NCBI GenBank assembly: GCA_965248055.1
Contig: CBDFIJ010000004.1
Coordinates: 2,112,001 to 2,176,000, forward strand
Source: Candidatus Multivoradales bacterium
GTDB lineage: Bacteria > Acidobacteriota > Thermoanaerobaculia > Multivoradales > JAHEKO01
Length of the DNA stretch: 64,000 nucleotides
Reading direction: 5' to 3'
Within the stretch, counting starts at the first letter, position 1; each line of letters opens with the position of its first letter. The notes below the pieces were generated by a model. That model was given only the letters and a program-made list of their open reading frames with translations. It searched no databases and was not told where the DNA came from. The position numbers were made by a program, and so were the translations under genes. Positions 1 to 10,067 of the stretch are shown piece by piece.

Positions 1-1
1 C

Positions 2-382
2 CTCGCAGGGCAGCCCGAGCCCTTGATTCGAGGTGCTGGTGGTGAGGTTTCTGAGCTCACTCCACCGGCTCACCGAATCCCCTTGGGAGGTCTGCTCAAT
101 GGTGACGAGTATCAAGTGCAACGGGCCACAATTGAGGTAGGCGATCTATTGCTGTGTTATTCGGATGGTGTGACGGAAGCGATGAATCCTGAGGGAGAGC
201 TGTTCGGCTTGGAGCGCCTCAAGAGTGTGGTGGAGTCGACCGATGGAAGCCCACGCGAGCTGGTGGCAAAACTTGTCGAGGAAATAGCCGTATTTGTAAG
301 GGACGCTGAGCAGTACGATGACATTACGGTCATTGCTCTGCGGCGTCCGCGAGAGATGGTGGCCAAAGGATCGGCACTCTAG
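2..382 (+). CDS. PP2C/SpoIIE-family (RsbU-like) phosphatase, C-terminal part (5'-partial)
   Basis: Motifs GDLLLCYSDGVTEA, GELFGLERL and QYDDITVIAL; frame is open to the window edge. Confidence 0.9.
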   Translation, partial: LAGQPEPLIRGAGGEVSELTPPAHRIPLGGLLNGDEYQVQRATIEVGDLLLCYSDGVTEAMNPEGELFGLERLKSVVESTDGSPRELVAKLVEEIAVFVRDAEQYDDITVIALRRPREMVAKGSAL

Positions 383-392
383 AGGTTGTGTA

Positions 393-1739
393 ATGAAGAA
401 ACCAATTTTGATGTTATTGGTTGGCGTGGCTGCTGCCGCGGTGATGTTTTCCTATTTTCGCGAAGACCAGGGCACCCAATGGACCACCGAGTCCCCGGAG
501 GCCCTGGAAGAATTTCTCCTGGGCCAGGAAGCTCGTATGCGGCTCTACGGCGACCAAGCCAAAGCTCACTTTGTTCGGGCCGCTGAACTGGACGAGAACT
601 TTGCCGTTGCCAAGCTGATGGCACTTCAGTTTGCTCCGCGCAGTGAACATGAAGCGTTGCTTGAAGAGATGCGGCCGTTTGACGTGAGTCAGCTTCGAGA
701 TCACGAGAAGTTTCTGATTGAGTACGCTACGTCCCGGCTGGAGGGAGAGCAAGCGCAGGCGACCGAAATCCTTGATGAGTATTTAGTGGCCCATCCCACC
801 AGCCCCTGGGGACTAGAAGCGAAGGCGGGACTCGCTTGGGGCCGGGTAGAACTCGACGAAGCCGAAAAACTGTACAAAGAACTGTTGGAGGCGGACCCCA
901 ACTGGGTCACAGCACAGAACAATCTTGGCTACATCGCAATGGGCAGGGGAGATTTTGACGAGGCCGAAGATCACTTCATGACCTATCAATACATCGCTCC
1001 CGATCAAGCTAATCCCCACGACTCGAGGGGAGAACTACTGACTCTGGTGGGTCGCTACGAAGAGGCCTGGGATGAATTTAAGGCAGCACTCGACATTCAT
1101 CCCGGGTTTTGCGCTTCCTACAGCCACCAGATAATGGTGGGCATTCTTGCCAACTACGAAGACCGTTTTCCAGCGGTGCAAGAAGCTACTCGAGCCAACT
1201 GCGAAGAGGCGATCAGCAGAAGGATGGACTGCGCGATTGAACTCTGGAGTGACTATCGATCCGGTCGTTACGACAATTGGTTTGTCGATCGAGACGACGA
1301 TTGCGTCAAAGAAGTAGGCTCGGATCTAATTCTTCATCGGATGGCTCTGCTCTCCGGTCATTTGGAAACCGCGCAGCAGATGGAATCTGAGTTCGAGAAG
1401 GAAGTTGCTGAGCTGGATGAGTTGGGGTTGCTCACCGAGCAACATCCGACCCACGGGATCAAGCTCCACTATCAAGGGTCGCGAATCTTAACTGCGGGCA
1501 ATGCAGCCCAGGCAGCCGAGAAATTTCGCGCTGCGGGAGAGTACTTTCCCTATCTAGGCCACGAGCTGGGAATCTTGAAGCTGATCAACAGCCTCGATCT
1601 GGCCCTGGCTTTAGAGCTGGCTGGAGACGACAGCGCTTCGCAACAGGAATTGCAAAAAGTGCGCGAGGTGAACAACCAGCTTGACGGGATCTACGAATCC
1701 CGCAAGCAAGAGTTGGCCAGAGCACGGGCGGCAACCTAG
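393..1739 (+). CDS. Membrane-anchored/exported tetratricopeptide-repeat protein
   Basis: ATG 393 after GAGG; N-terminal hydrophobic segment; TPR motifs (AQNNLGYIAMGRGDFDEA, ANPHDSRGELLTLVGRYEEA). Confidence 0.8.
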   Translation: MKKPILMLLVGVAAAAVMFSYFREDQGTQWTTESPEALEEFLLGQEARMRLYGDQAKAHFVRAAELDENFAVAKLMALQFAPRSEHEALLEEMRPFDVSQLRDHEKFLIEYATSRLEGEQAQATEILDEYLVAHPTSPWGLEAKAGLAWGRVELDEAEKLYKELLEADPNWVTAQNNLGYIAMGRGDFDEAEDHFMTYQYIAPDQANPHDSRGELLTLVGRYEEAWDEFKAALDIHPGFCASYSHQIMVGILANYEDRFPAVQEATRANCEEAISRRMDCAIELWSDYRSGRYDNWFVDRDDDCVKEVGSDLILHRMALLSGHLETAQQMESEFEKEVAELDELGLLTEQHPTHGIKLHYQGSRILTAGNAAQAAEKFRAAGEYFPYLGHELGILKLINSLDLALALELAGDDSASQQELQKVREVNNQLDGIYESRKQELARARAAT

Positions 1740-1778
1740 CCGGTTAGAGAACCTCCTCGCTCGCGGTGCGATCAGGGC

Positions 1779-2576
1779 CTAGGAATCAAAGTGGACGGTC
1801 AGTGTGTACAGAGACTCAATAGGTCTTCCGTTTGAGGTTGCAGGTCGAAACGTCCATTTGCGCATTGCGTCAAGAGCAGCGTAGACCACGGTTAGCTCTC
1901 CTTCAGCTCTAATTACCACTGGCTCCCGTACAGCGCCGTCGAGGCCAACGATGGCCTCGATTTCAACCAGAGCTTGGGTACCGAGTCTAGCTCTGGGAAA
2001 TACAGGTGAAGGAGCCTTCAGTTTCTTTGGCGGCAAAATAAGGTTCACATCATTAGGCTCGGAAGGAAAATCGAATGGCTCAAGAGTAAGGCCAAGGTTG
2101 ACGAGGTCCTCTTCCGAAAGCATCTCGTCCAAGTATCCTTCGCGTTCACTGGATTTTCGAACAGGGTGATGCTTGAGAAAGGCCCCTGCCTCTCCATAGG
2201 CCGCAAGCGTGGATTTCTCCAGTTCTGGAAAGAGTTGTAGCGCCACTTGCCATTGCCACACTGCCTCTGCTTCTTCCCCAAGACCATAAGCGGCCAATGC
2301 TTTGCGGCTAAGTGCTGACCCCAGAAAGTGGCCGGTTGCCGGCCCATTAATCAATCGATCTCGCATTTCGTCAAGAAGCTTTGAAGATCGCTTGTAGGCA
2401 GCTTTCGGGTGCTTCTGAAGAAGCTCGTCGATTTTCTTGATTTCTACTTCCCAAATCTCAAAGACCTGATCAGCCTGTTTCGGCGGCAGTGAAGTGGCTT
2501 GCCCGAGTAGCGCAATAGGTCCAGAGATCAGCAGAGCTGCGAACACGGGAAAGTTGAAAATCGAATGTCGAATCAC
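1779..2576 (-). CDS. Exported protein with C-terminal TonB-like domain
   Basis: Signal peptide; C-terminal P-x-F-P...VEIEAIVGLDGAV...AALDAMRKWTFRPA...GRPI pattern typical of TonB_C. Confidence 0.8.
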   Translation of the reverse strand: MIRHSIFNFPVFAALLISGPIALLGQATSLPPKQADQVFEIWEVEIKKIDELLQKHPKAAYKRSSKLLDEMRDRLINGPATGHFLGSALSRKALAAYGLGEEAEAVWQWQVALQLFPELEKSTLAAYGEAGAFLKHHPVRKSSEREGYLDEMLSEEDLVNLGLTLEPFDFPSEPNDVNLILPPKKLKAPSPVFPRARLGTQALVEIEAIVGLDGAVREPVVIRAEGELTVVYAALDAMRKWTFRPATSNGRPIESLYTLTVHFDS

Positions 2577-2643
2577 CGCAATCTCTCAGTAAAGGCGATC
2601 ATAGTGCAAGTCCTTAATCGACTCTGTTTTCTTAGGGTGAACG

Positions 2644-3087
2644 TTAGCTAGGTAGTCTTGAGGCGAGGGCGTAGTAGCTCGCAGCACCCGCTAGAGCGGC
2701 GGCCAAGACCGCCACCGCGACCCCTTCGCCAGCTCCGATCAGCGCATAAATCGGTCCTGGGCAGGCCCCGGCCAGCCCCCAGCCGAGTCCAAAGACGATT
2801 CCACCCATCCAGTATTTTTTCCCGGACCCGGTGAACTCTTTTCCTTCTAGTTCGGGTGTGTTGCCGTCAAGGTCGCGCATACCGAGTTTCTTGAGTAGCC
2901 GCACTGAGATTCCAGCGGTGAGCACGGCGGTGATCAAGATGCCGTACATGTGGAAGTCAGCGAAGCGAAACATTTCCTGGATTCGATACCAGGAGTTCAT
3001 TTCTGCCACCGTCAAAATGACGCCGAAATAGGTCCCAGCGGCCAGGTAGAGCAGGAATGCGCGGATCGGATGGCGGGTGGAAGTCAT
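2644..3087 (-). CDS. YeeE/YedE-family (sulfur-compound transporter-like) membrane protein, second subunit
   Basis: SWYRIQEMFRF, GGIVFGLGWGLAGACPGP; ATGA overlap with the upstream gene. Confidence 0.88.
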   Translation of the reverse strand: MTSTRHPIRAFLLYLAAGTYFGVILTVAEMNSWYRIQEMFRFADFHMYGILITAVLTAGISVRLLKKLGMRDLDGNTPELEGKEFTGSGKKYWMGGIVFGLGWGLAGACPGPIYALIGAGEGVAVAVLAAALAGAASYYALASRLPS

Positions 3088-3644
3088 AGTGCCATCACCC
3101 CGGGCAGTAGAACCCAATGAGCGAAAATGCCACCGATTAAGAAACAGAGGACGGCGACGATCGAAGCTTTATCCAGGTTCGAGGTTCCGGTGATGCCGTG
3201 TCCTGAGGTGCAGCCACCTGCCCAACGCGCTCCGAATCCCACTAAGAATCCTCCCAGAACGATAGTGATGACTCCGGGGGCCGTGGCCAGGCTGCTCCAT
3301 GAGAAGAGTTCTGCTGGCAGGAGTCCCTGCGAGGGCGCCAACCCCCATTGGGCAAAAATGTCCGCCGCCTGGGCAGCGACATCCACCGGGCCGCCTGCGC
3401 CCAAGAACCGCACCGCGCCCCAGCCACCCAGGATCAACCCGGCAGCAAAGACTAGGTTCCACAATCCGTCCCCCTTCCAGTCGTAGGCGAGATAGGGATT
3501 CTTACCCCGGTAGACCGTAGCGCAGGTGTGGCGCAGGCTGGAGGAGATGCCGAAGGATTTGTTACCAATCCAAAGCAACAACGGAACGGTAAGGCCGACT
3601 AAAGGGCCAGCGATATACCACGGGAGGACGGTGTGGGTTTCCAT
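3084..3644 (-). CDS. YeeE/YedE-family membrane protein, first subunit
   Basis: [16 protein letters not shown] and [18 protein letters not shown] motifs. Confidence 0.9.
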   Translation of the reverse strand: METHTVLPWYIAGPLVGLTVPLLLWIGNKSFGISSSLRHTCATVYRGKNPYLAYDWKGDGLWNLVFAAGLILGGWGAVRFLGAGGPVDVAAQAADIFAQWGLAPSQGLLPAELFSWSSLATAPGVITIVLGGFLVGFGARWAGGCTSGHGITGTSNLDKASIVAVLCFLIGGIFAHWVLLPGVMAL

Positions 3645-3777
3645 TGCGAGCGAGACTATCTGCAGTTAGGCGTTTTTTCTATCTATGTCCTCTGTGTCGG
3701 CACACCGACAGACATAGCCCAAGTGGTGGGCATGAACCGTGGCCGTGCCCGTGAGTTATCGAGTTAGATCTGCAGAG

Positions 3778-4332
3778 CTACTGAATTTCGCTGGGTTCGA
3801 CCGAGTCCACTCCGCCAGACCCGGTGGGAAAGCTGGTGGCACCGGAGCCCACAGCTTGGCCAGGGGGCGCGCCCAATCCACTGACTGGCAGGCCGCCACG
3901 ACCGGCATCGCCCGGCTCAGCGAATTGGTCGACGCTGTAATCGGGTCGATTGTTGTCTTGATCGACGATGTAGTTGAGCAGACGAGTCGCTGGATCGGTC
4001 GCCACCTCGTCTCCCTCGGAAGCGTCGTAGTTGGCGACATAGCCAAGACGGATGCTTCCGTCGGCCATCAACTCTGCGCCACGACCGCCAGGAACCTTGG
4101 TGTCGAGGGATACCACTTGGTCTCGGTCCAATTCTACCCAGTTGCCAGAGACCGTTAGCATTTTGACCTTGGTCTCGTCGCTGGCGGAAATCACCGGGCG
4201 GTAATAGGAAATCAATTCGGTGCCGTTGGCGAGAGTCGTGGTAAAGGTCTGCGCGGCAACCGACGGGGTCAGCACGCTTGATACCACTACGGTTGCAAAC
4301 AAGAAAAACACAGACAAAATTGAACGACGCAT
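3778..4332 (-). CDS. Hypothetical exported protein
   Basis: AGGAG RBS, signal peptide ending VAA-Q; no recognisable domain. Confidence 0.7.
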   Translation of the reverse strand: MRRSILSVFFLFATVVVSSVLTPSVAAQTFTTTLANGTELISYYRPVISASDETKVKMLTVSGNWVELDRDQVVSLDTKVPGGRGAELMADGSIRLGYVANYDASEGDEVATDPATRLLNYIVDQDNNRPDYSVDQFAEPGDAGRGGLPVSGLGAPPGQAVGSGATSFPTGSGGVDSVEPSEIQ

Positions 4333-4545
4333 AGGCGATCTCCTAATAGCTGTGTATTTTGTATCGGGTTAACCGGTAGCTGTCAACCGAAAGACCCACA
4401 TGTCATGTCGCGTTGGCACATCAAGAGGTTGGAAGTTTCTCGGGTCGCAGGCATCGTCGGTAACGTTGCGAGAACGGCCACATCGCGCAGGTTAGACTCA
4501 GAGCGCGCTTCGGAGGACCCAATCAAGGCGAAGGAGGATTTGCAG

Positions 4546-6129
4546 GTGAAGATCAAACAGGGTGTGTGTTGTTTCTTACTGTTGGGATGGTCCTTGGTTG
4601 CGGCTCCCAACTTCGCCATCGAGGTTGCCGATCTAGGACAACTCGACTTTCCCAACTCCGGTTCTGCGGAGGCACAGCAAGCCTTTGTCACCGGAGTCTT
4701 GTTGCTCCACAGTTTTGAGTTCGAAGATTCCGCTGAGGCTTTTCGACAAGCTCAGGAGATCGACCCCGATTTTGCATTGGCTTACTGGGGTGAGGCGATG
4801 TCCCACAACCATCCGTTGTGGCGCCAACAGGACAGGGATGCAGCTTTGGAGGTCTTGGGCAGCTTTGCCCCTAGCGCGGATGAGCGATTCGCCAAAGCCC
4901 AGACTCAACGGGAACGAGACTACTTGGCGACCCTGGAAGTGCTCTATGGAGAAGGCTCCAAACAGCAACGGGATAGGGCCTATTCCGCGGCGATGGGACA
5001 ACTATCCCAGACCTATCCCGACGACTTGGAGGCGAAAGCGTTCTACGCACTGTCTATCCTGGGAACCACTGGTGGCGAGCGCGATTTCGCCACGTTCATG
5101 CATGCTGCTTCGGTTGCCGAGGAGGTTTTCGCCGCCAACTCGCGTCACCCAGGAGCAGCCCACTACCTGATTCATTCCTATGACGACCCAGTCCACGCTC
5201 CTCTGGGCCTGAGGGCGGCTAGGGTTTACGCTGGTATTGCTCCTGCGGCGTCGCATGCGCAGCACATGATTTCCCATATCTATGTTGCGCTCGGTCGATG
5301 GGCCGATTCCATTGCTGCCAATGAACAGTCTTTTGCGGTTTCTGTTGATCGAGCCCGAGCCAAGAATCTGGGGGTCGATGCGCGAAATTTCCACGCCTTA
5401 CACTGGCTGCAGTACTCACACTTGCAGTTAGGCCAGTTCGAGCAAGCGTGGGCACTGACCAGCGAAATGGATGAGTACGCGATCGAATCCGGCAAAGAAC
5501 GCGCACTTTGGTATCAAGCGGCGTTTCGCGCTGGCTGGGTAGTGGCAACCGGTGCTGAGTATCTAGAGCCGCTGGATGCGCCTGCCGAGTTGGAATTCGG
5601 GGCCGCGGTGCAGGATCAATTTGGCCGTGGCTACGCAGCTCTGAACCGAGGAGACTGGGAGGCCGCGACCGCTGCTTCCGAAGAGATTGCCCGGCTGCGA
5701 AAAGAAGCGAAGCCAGACGACGTCGTTGAGAGTGCCCTCAACGAGGCGCAGGTGTTGGAGTTGGAGTTAGCGTCGATGGTCGCCCTGGGCCAAGAGGACG
5801 AAGCCCGAGCACTGGAGCTCTTGGGTCAAGCGACGGCAATCGAGAATCAGTTGCCGCTGGAGTACGGTCCACCGGACATCGTCAAACCGTCGTTTGAACT
5901 CCTGGGCGATGTATTGCTCAAGCTCGGTCGAGCTTCGGAAGCCCAAGCCGCTTACAACAATGCCCTGAAGCGGGCACCGCGAAGACGCCAGTCTTTGCTG
6001 GGGTTGTCGCAAGCGGCGTTGGATCTTGGCGATCAAGCGGGAGTCAGCGCAGCGTGTCGAGAGCTCAGTGCGATCTATGGACACGCCGACCCAGATCTCG
6101 AGCGACCCCAAGCCTGTGAAAACGGATAG
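4546..6129 (+). CDS. Exported TPR-repeat protein
   Basis: AAGGAGG RBS before GTG 4546; AQQAFVTGVLLLHSF, DPDFALAYWGEAMS, HPGAAHYLIHSYD, HAQHMISHIY motifs. Confidence 0.85.
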   Translation: MKIKQGVCCFLLLGWSLVAAPNFAIEVADLGQLDFPNSGSAEAQQAFVTGVLLLHSFEFEDSAEAFRQAQEIDPDFALAYWGEAMSHNHPLWRQQDRDAALEVLGSFAPSADERFAKAQTQRERDYLATLEVLYGEGSKQQRDRAYSAAMGQLSQTYPDDLEAKAFYALSILGTTGGERDFATFMHAASVAEEVFAANSRHPGAAHYLIHSYDDPVHAPLGLRAARVYAGIAPAASHAQHMISHIYVALGRWADSIAANEQSFAVSVDRARAKNLGVDARNFHALHWLQYSHLQLGQFEQAWALTSEMDEYAIESGKERALWYQAAFRAGWVVATGAEYLEPLDAPAELEFGAAVQDQFGRGYAALNRGDWEAATAASEEIARLRKEAKPDDVVESALNEAQVLELELASMVALGQEDEARALELLGQATAIENQLPLEYGPPDIVKPSFELLGDVLLKLGRASEAQAAYNNALKRAPRRRQSLLGLSQAALDLGDQAGVSAACRELSAIYGHADPDLERPQACENG

Positions 6130-6145
6130 CGCATAGAATCGCCGA

Positions 6146-6173
6146 AGGCGAGTTGTTCGCCTAGGTTCTTTTT
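6146..6173 (+). terminator. Possible intrinsic terminator after the TPR gene
   Basis: AGGCGAG/TTCGCCT stem followed by a T-rich tract. Confidence 0.4.
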
Positions 6174-6177
6174 CATC

Positions 6178-6364
6178 CGTTGCGGTTGCCCCCAAGTCCA
6201 CTCGGACGGGCAACAAGAGGGAAGCCGGTGTAATACCGGCGCGGCCCCCGCCACTGTAATCGGTGACGACGGCAGCATCTGCCACTGCATCAAGAGATCG
6301 TGATCTCTGGTGTGGGAAGGCGCTGCCCGAGGGAGACCCGAGAGCCAGGAGACCTGCCGCGACG
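6178..6364 (+). ncRNA. Cobalamin (B12) riboswitch
   Basis: Conserved blocks AAGAGGGAAGCCGGTG-AATACCGGCGCGGCCCCCGCCACTGTAA, GCCACTG...GGGAAGGC and B12 box AGCCAGGAGACCTGCC, directly upstream of a btuB-like gene. Confidence 0.95.
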
Positions 6365-6404
6365 ACTCAACGAAACAGCGACTCATTGACCCAAAGGAGG
6401 TCCT

Positions 6405-8240
6405 ATGTTGCATTCGTATCGAGTTTGGAGCACTGCCGGGGTGGCGTTGCTTTGGACTACCGCCCAGGTTACGGCGGCGCCTGTTGACCCAGTGCGCCTC
6501 GATCCAGTGCGCTACGACGAAGAGATCGTCGTTACCGCAACCACTCAAGCCACCCCCAGAAAAGAAATCCCCGCACGATCAGAAGTGATCGTTGCCGACG
6601 AGATTGCGGCCCGCCAAGCGGTCGATGTCTCGACCATCCTGGCTTCGATCCCGGGAGTGATCGTGGCGCAGTCCGGTTCGCCAGGCAAGGCGACCTCGGT
6701 GTTTTTGCGCGGCGCAGAATCCGACCAGGTGTTGGTGATGTGGAACGGGGTGCGCCTCAACGATCCGTTCTTCGGCGGCTTTGATTGGGCGCACTTGACC
6801 ACTGACGGATTGGCTCGAGCCGAAGTGGTCTACGGACCCTCGGGAGTGCTCTATGGCAGTGACGGAATCGGCGGTGTGGTCAACCTAGTTACGCAAAGGG
6901 ATCGCGCGACTTCAGCGGTCTTAGAAGTGGGTACCGACGGCTACGGTCGTGCCAGTGCCAGCAGTGCTTGGGAGCAAGGCGACTCTTCGATCGAGGGAAC
7001 GCTCTTCTGGCGTACCGACGATGGTGCTGGAAATGGCGGCAGTCAAACCAACGACGACTACCGTGTTGCTGGTGGCAACCTGAGCGCCAGTTGGAGCTTG
7101 AATCCAGGGTCAGAATTAGCGGCGATGGTGCGTATCACGGATCATGATCTAGGGATTCCCACCACATCAGGTTTCCCCAGCCCCAATCGCCGACAAACTG
7201 GAACCGCTTGGCAGGTTGCAGTTCCCTGGGACTGGACTCAATCGTCCTGGAATGGACAGGTGATGGTGACGGCGCATCGTTCGGAACTCGAGTTTCGAGA
7301 TCCAGACGCGTTCTTCTCTTCTTCTAACACTGAGGTCGAGAGGCTGCAACTGCGCAGTACTGTGCGCCGTAGCGGACCGTCTGGTCACCTTGCATTGGGC
7401 GTCGAATCGTTTGATGACATCGCCGACAATCGTTCCAACTTTGGCGTTGCTTTAGACAGCGTGGAGCGTGGCCAGTGGGCAGCCTTCGCCGAAGGGGCCT
7501 ACCTGCTGGGGGATCGGACCCGGATAGAACTCGGAGCGCGCTACGACGACGATGAGTTCTTTGGCGCACATTCAACCGTGCGGGGCGGCCTGCAGGTGCA
7601 ATGGAATCCGCAGTGGGCGAGTCATGCACGTTTCGCCGAGGGGTTTCGCGCCCCATCCCTGGGTGAGTTGTTTTTCCCCTTCTTCGGCAACCTCGACCTG
7701 GAGCCGGAATCAGGGGAGACCGTGGAGTTTGGAGTGCGCCGGGCGGGAGATCATTGGACCTTGGAGGTTGCCCGCTTTGATTCCGACTTTGAGAAGCTGA
7801 TCGACTCCGATCCGATTACCTTCTTGGCAGTGAATCGTAGCGATGCTCGCAGCGAAGGCTGGGAGGGCTCATGGGTCTTGCGTGCTGAGACCTATGGCGC
7901 GCGCGTTTCGTGGACCGATCTCGAGACCCAAGACGCCAATGGCAATCCGCTGCTCCGGCGGCCAGAAACTTCCAGCTCTGCTGGCATCACCCGATACGGT
8001 GAGCGCTGGACCTGGGATGGTTCGCTGCGCCATGTGGGTTCTCGACCGGACCTCGATCCAGCAACTTTCACTACGGTCACCAACGCCGCCTACACCACCG
8101 CCAACTTGGCGGCGGCCCGGGACTTTGGTTGGGGTTCGATTCGGGCCCGTGTGGAGAATGCGTTCGATCGCCAGTATCAACAGGTGTTGGGATTCGATTC
8201 TCTCGGGCGACGATGGGTGTTGGGTCTTGCCTGGAAGTAG
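6405..8240 (+). CDS. btuB: TonB-dependent cobalamin receptor
   Basis: TonB box EEIVVTAT, plug motif SVFLRGAESDQVLVMWNGVRLN, YGSDGIGGVVNLVT; AAGGAGG RBS; under the riboswitch. Confidence 0.9.
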   Translation: MLHSYRVWSTAGVALLWTTAQVTAAPVDPVRLDPVRYDEEIVVTATTQATPRKEIPARSEVIVADEIAARQAVDVSTILASIPGVIVAQSGSPGKATSVFLRGAESDQVLVMWNGVRLNDPFFGGFDWAHLTTDGLARAEVVYGPSGVLYGSDGIGGVVNLVTQRDRATSAVLEVGTDGYGRASASSAWEQGDSSIEGTLFWRTDDGAGNGGSQTNDDYRVAGGNLSASWSLNPGSELAAMVRITDHDLGIPTTSGFPSPNRRQTGTAWQVAVPWDWTQSSWNGQVMVTAHRSELEFRDPDAFFSSSNTEVERLQLRSTVRRSGPSGHLALGVESFDDIADNRSNFGVALDSVERGQWAAFAEGAYLLGDRTRIELGARYDDDEFFGAHSTVRGGLQVQWNPQWASHARFAEGFRAPSLGELFFPFFGNLDLEPESGETVEFGVRRAGDHWTLEVARFDSDFEKLIDSDPITFLAVNRSDARSEGWEGSWVLRAETYGARVSWTDLETQDANGNPLLRRPETSSSAGITRYGERWTWDGSLRHVGSRPDLDPATFTTVTNAAYTTANLAAARDFGWGSIRARVENAFDRQYQQVLGFDSLGRRWVLGLAWK

Positions 8241-8256
8241 AGGGACAAGCTTGCTG

Positions 8257-9207
8257 ATGCACTGGTCTTTGTTGAAGCACTGGGCTCGGACGACTCTGTC
8301 GCGGGTGCAAGTGGGCGTAACGGCACGAGCAGCCATGATTCTGCTGGCGATGGTGCCGCTGCTGGGGGCCGCTGTCGGTTGTGGCCGGGAGACCGACAGC
8401 GGGAAAGCGAATGCGGCCGCTTCTGATCGGGCCGTTCTGGCAACGCCGCAACGGGTCATTGCATTGGCGCCGTCCGCAGTCGAGATGGTGTGCGCGCTGG
8501 GGTGGTGCGATCAGTTGGTGGGAGTTGGCAGCTACGCGACCTACCCGCCGCAAATTACCGAGTTGCCCAAGCTCGGAGGTTTGGTCGACGCCGACCTTGA
8601 GCAACTTCTCGCCTTACAACCGGACCTGGTTATCTTGCTCAAGAGTGAAGAGGAACTGGCTGCCAAGCTCGCCAAACTGGAGGTCGAAGTCCTGACCATT
8701 CCCTCCGACTCTCTGGAGGATATTCAGATTGCCGCTCAGTCGATTACCCGGCGCTTAGGCGTTCCTGAGCAAGGGGTCGCATGGAGTCGTGGCCTGGAGC
8801 AGAGTCTCGCTCCGATCACCCGAACCGATGCGCCGGTGGTACTGCTGGCAGTGGGCCGCGGACCGGGGAAAATCGCCAGCTTCTTGGTCCCTGGGGAAGA
8901 CACTTACCTAGGAGTGCTAGTTCAGCGAGCGGGAGGCGTGGTGGCGGTACAAGGGTTTGGTCACCACTATCGAGACGTCGGGCTGGACACCGCCTTGGCG
9001 ACCAGACCAGATGTCATTCTGGAGTTTGGCTTTGACGATCAGGTTGACCGAGGCTTACTGCTAGACGACTGGCGCGGAATCTATCCGTCCGCGTCGCCCA
9101 TGCCCTGCCACCAAGTCATCGCTGGCAGCCACGTTCCGGTGCCCGGTCCCCGGGTTGTTGAGCTGTATGCAGACATCGTTGCCGCCTTGGCGGCGTGCGC
9201 CGCATGA
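8257..9207 (+). CDS. btuF: Cobalamin ABC transporter substrate-binding lipoprotein
   Basis: Lipobox AVGC; PQRVIALAPSAVEMVCALG, DLEQLLALQPDLVI, PGPRVVE; start codon uncertain. Confidence 0.85.
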   Translation: MHWSLLKHWARTTLSRVQVGVTARAAMILLAMVPLLGAAVGCGRETDSGKANAAASDRAVLATPQRVIALAPSAVEMVCALGWCDQLVGVGSYATYPPQITELPKLGGLVDADLEQLLALQPDLVILLKSEEELAAKLAKLEVEVLTIPSDSLEDIQIAAQSITRRLGVPEQGVAWSRGLEQSLAPITRTDAPVVLLAVGRGPGKIASFLVPGEDTYLGVLVQRAGGVVAVQGFGHHYRDVGLDTALATRPDVILEFGFDDQVDRGLLLDDWRGIYPSASPMPCHQVIAGSHVPVPGPRVVELYADIVAALAACAA

Positions 9208-10067
9208 CCAATTTGGCGGTCGCGGAGCGGGTGGTTTGGTCCAACCGAAGTGGTTTTCAACTCGGACCGCTCGACCTGATCGCTGGTCCTGGTGAGGTCG
9301 TTGTTCTAGTTGGTGAGAACGGAGCGGGCAAGTCGACCTTACTGAGAATCTTGGCTGGGATTTGGTCACCGCATCGAGGTCGCGTCGAGTGGCCTCTGCT
9401 GGACAATGACTCATCGAAGTCGCTGGCCACAGTAGTCGGTTATCTACAGCAAAACGTCCCAGGCGGCATTGGTTCTGGCCTCTTGGGCTCTAGTGCATCT
9501 AGTTCTGGGGGCCCAGGTTCTGGGGGTTCGGACTCAGACAATCTAGCGATGCGCGTTGCCGAGCTGGTTACTCTGGGGCGCTATGTCCATCGCAGAGCAG
9601 ACACACCGACCACCGTGACCGCTGCGGTCGACGCGGCGCTGGCCGCAGTTGGCCTCAGCGGATTCCATAAACGCGCAGTCGACAGCCTTTCGGGTGGCGA
9701 GAGAAAACGCGTCTTGGTGGCGGCGGTACTGGCGCAACAGGCACCGTTACTGGTCTTGGACGAGCCAACTGCGCATCTCGATCCCGCTTCCCATCGCTTG
9801 ATGGCAACCGCGATTCGGCGTTACGTGCAAACAGAGGCTCAAGAACGAGGAGCGGTCATCGCCACCCACGATCTGCACTTTGCTCGTACCATTGCCACCC
9901 GAGTGGTCGGCCTGAGACAGGGAGCCATGGTTGACCTCGGTCCTCCAGAAACTGGATTCAGCATCGCTTCTTTGAACGGGTTGTTTAACACCGACTTTGT
10001 CCACGCGAGCCACGGCCCACCGGTGGTCGAGTTGGATGCCTCAACCCAACAGGAGCCGGGCTCATGA
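9204..10067 (+). CDS. btuD: Cobalamin/iron-chelate ABC transporter ATP-binding protein
   Basis: Walker A GENGAGKST, signature LSGGERKR, Walker B LLVLDEPTAHLD; ATGA overlaps. Confidence 0.88.
   Translation: MTNLAVAERVVWSNRSGFQLGPLDLIAGPGEVVVLVGENGAGKSTLLRILAGIWSPHRGRVEWPLLDNDSSKSLATVVGYLQQNVPGGIGSGLLGSSASSSGGPGSGGSDSDNLAMRVAELVTLGRYVHRRADTPTTVTAAVDAALAAVGLSGFHKRAVDSLSGGERKRVLVAAVLAQQAPLLVLDEPTAHLDPASHRLMATAIRRYVQTEAQERGAVIATHDLHFARTIATRVVGLRQGAMVDLGPPETGFSIASLNGLFNTDFVHASHGPPVVELDASTQQEPGS

Noticed and set aside
7843-8256. Long N-terminal extension of btuF overlapping btuB
   Set aside because: Out-of-frame overlap with btuB; the lipoprotein signal lies downstream of the btuB stop
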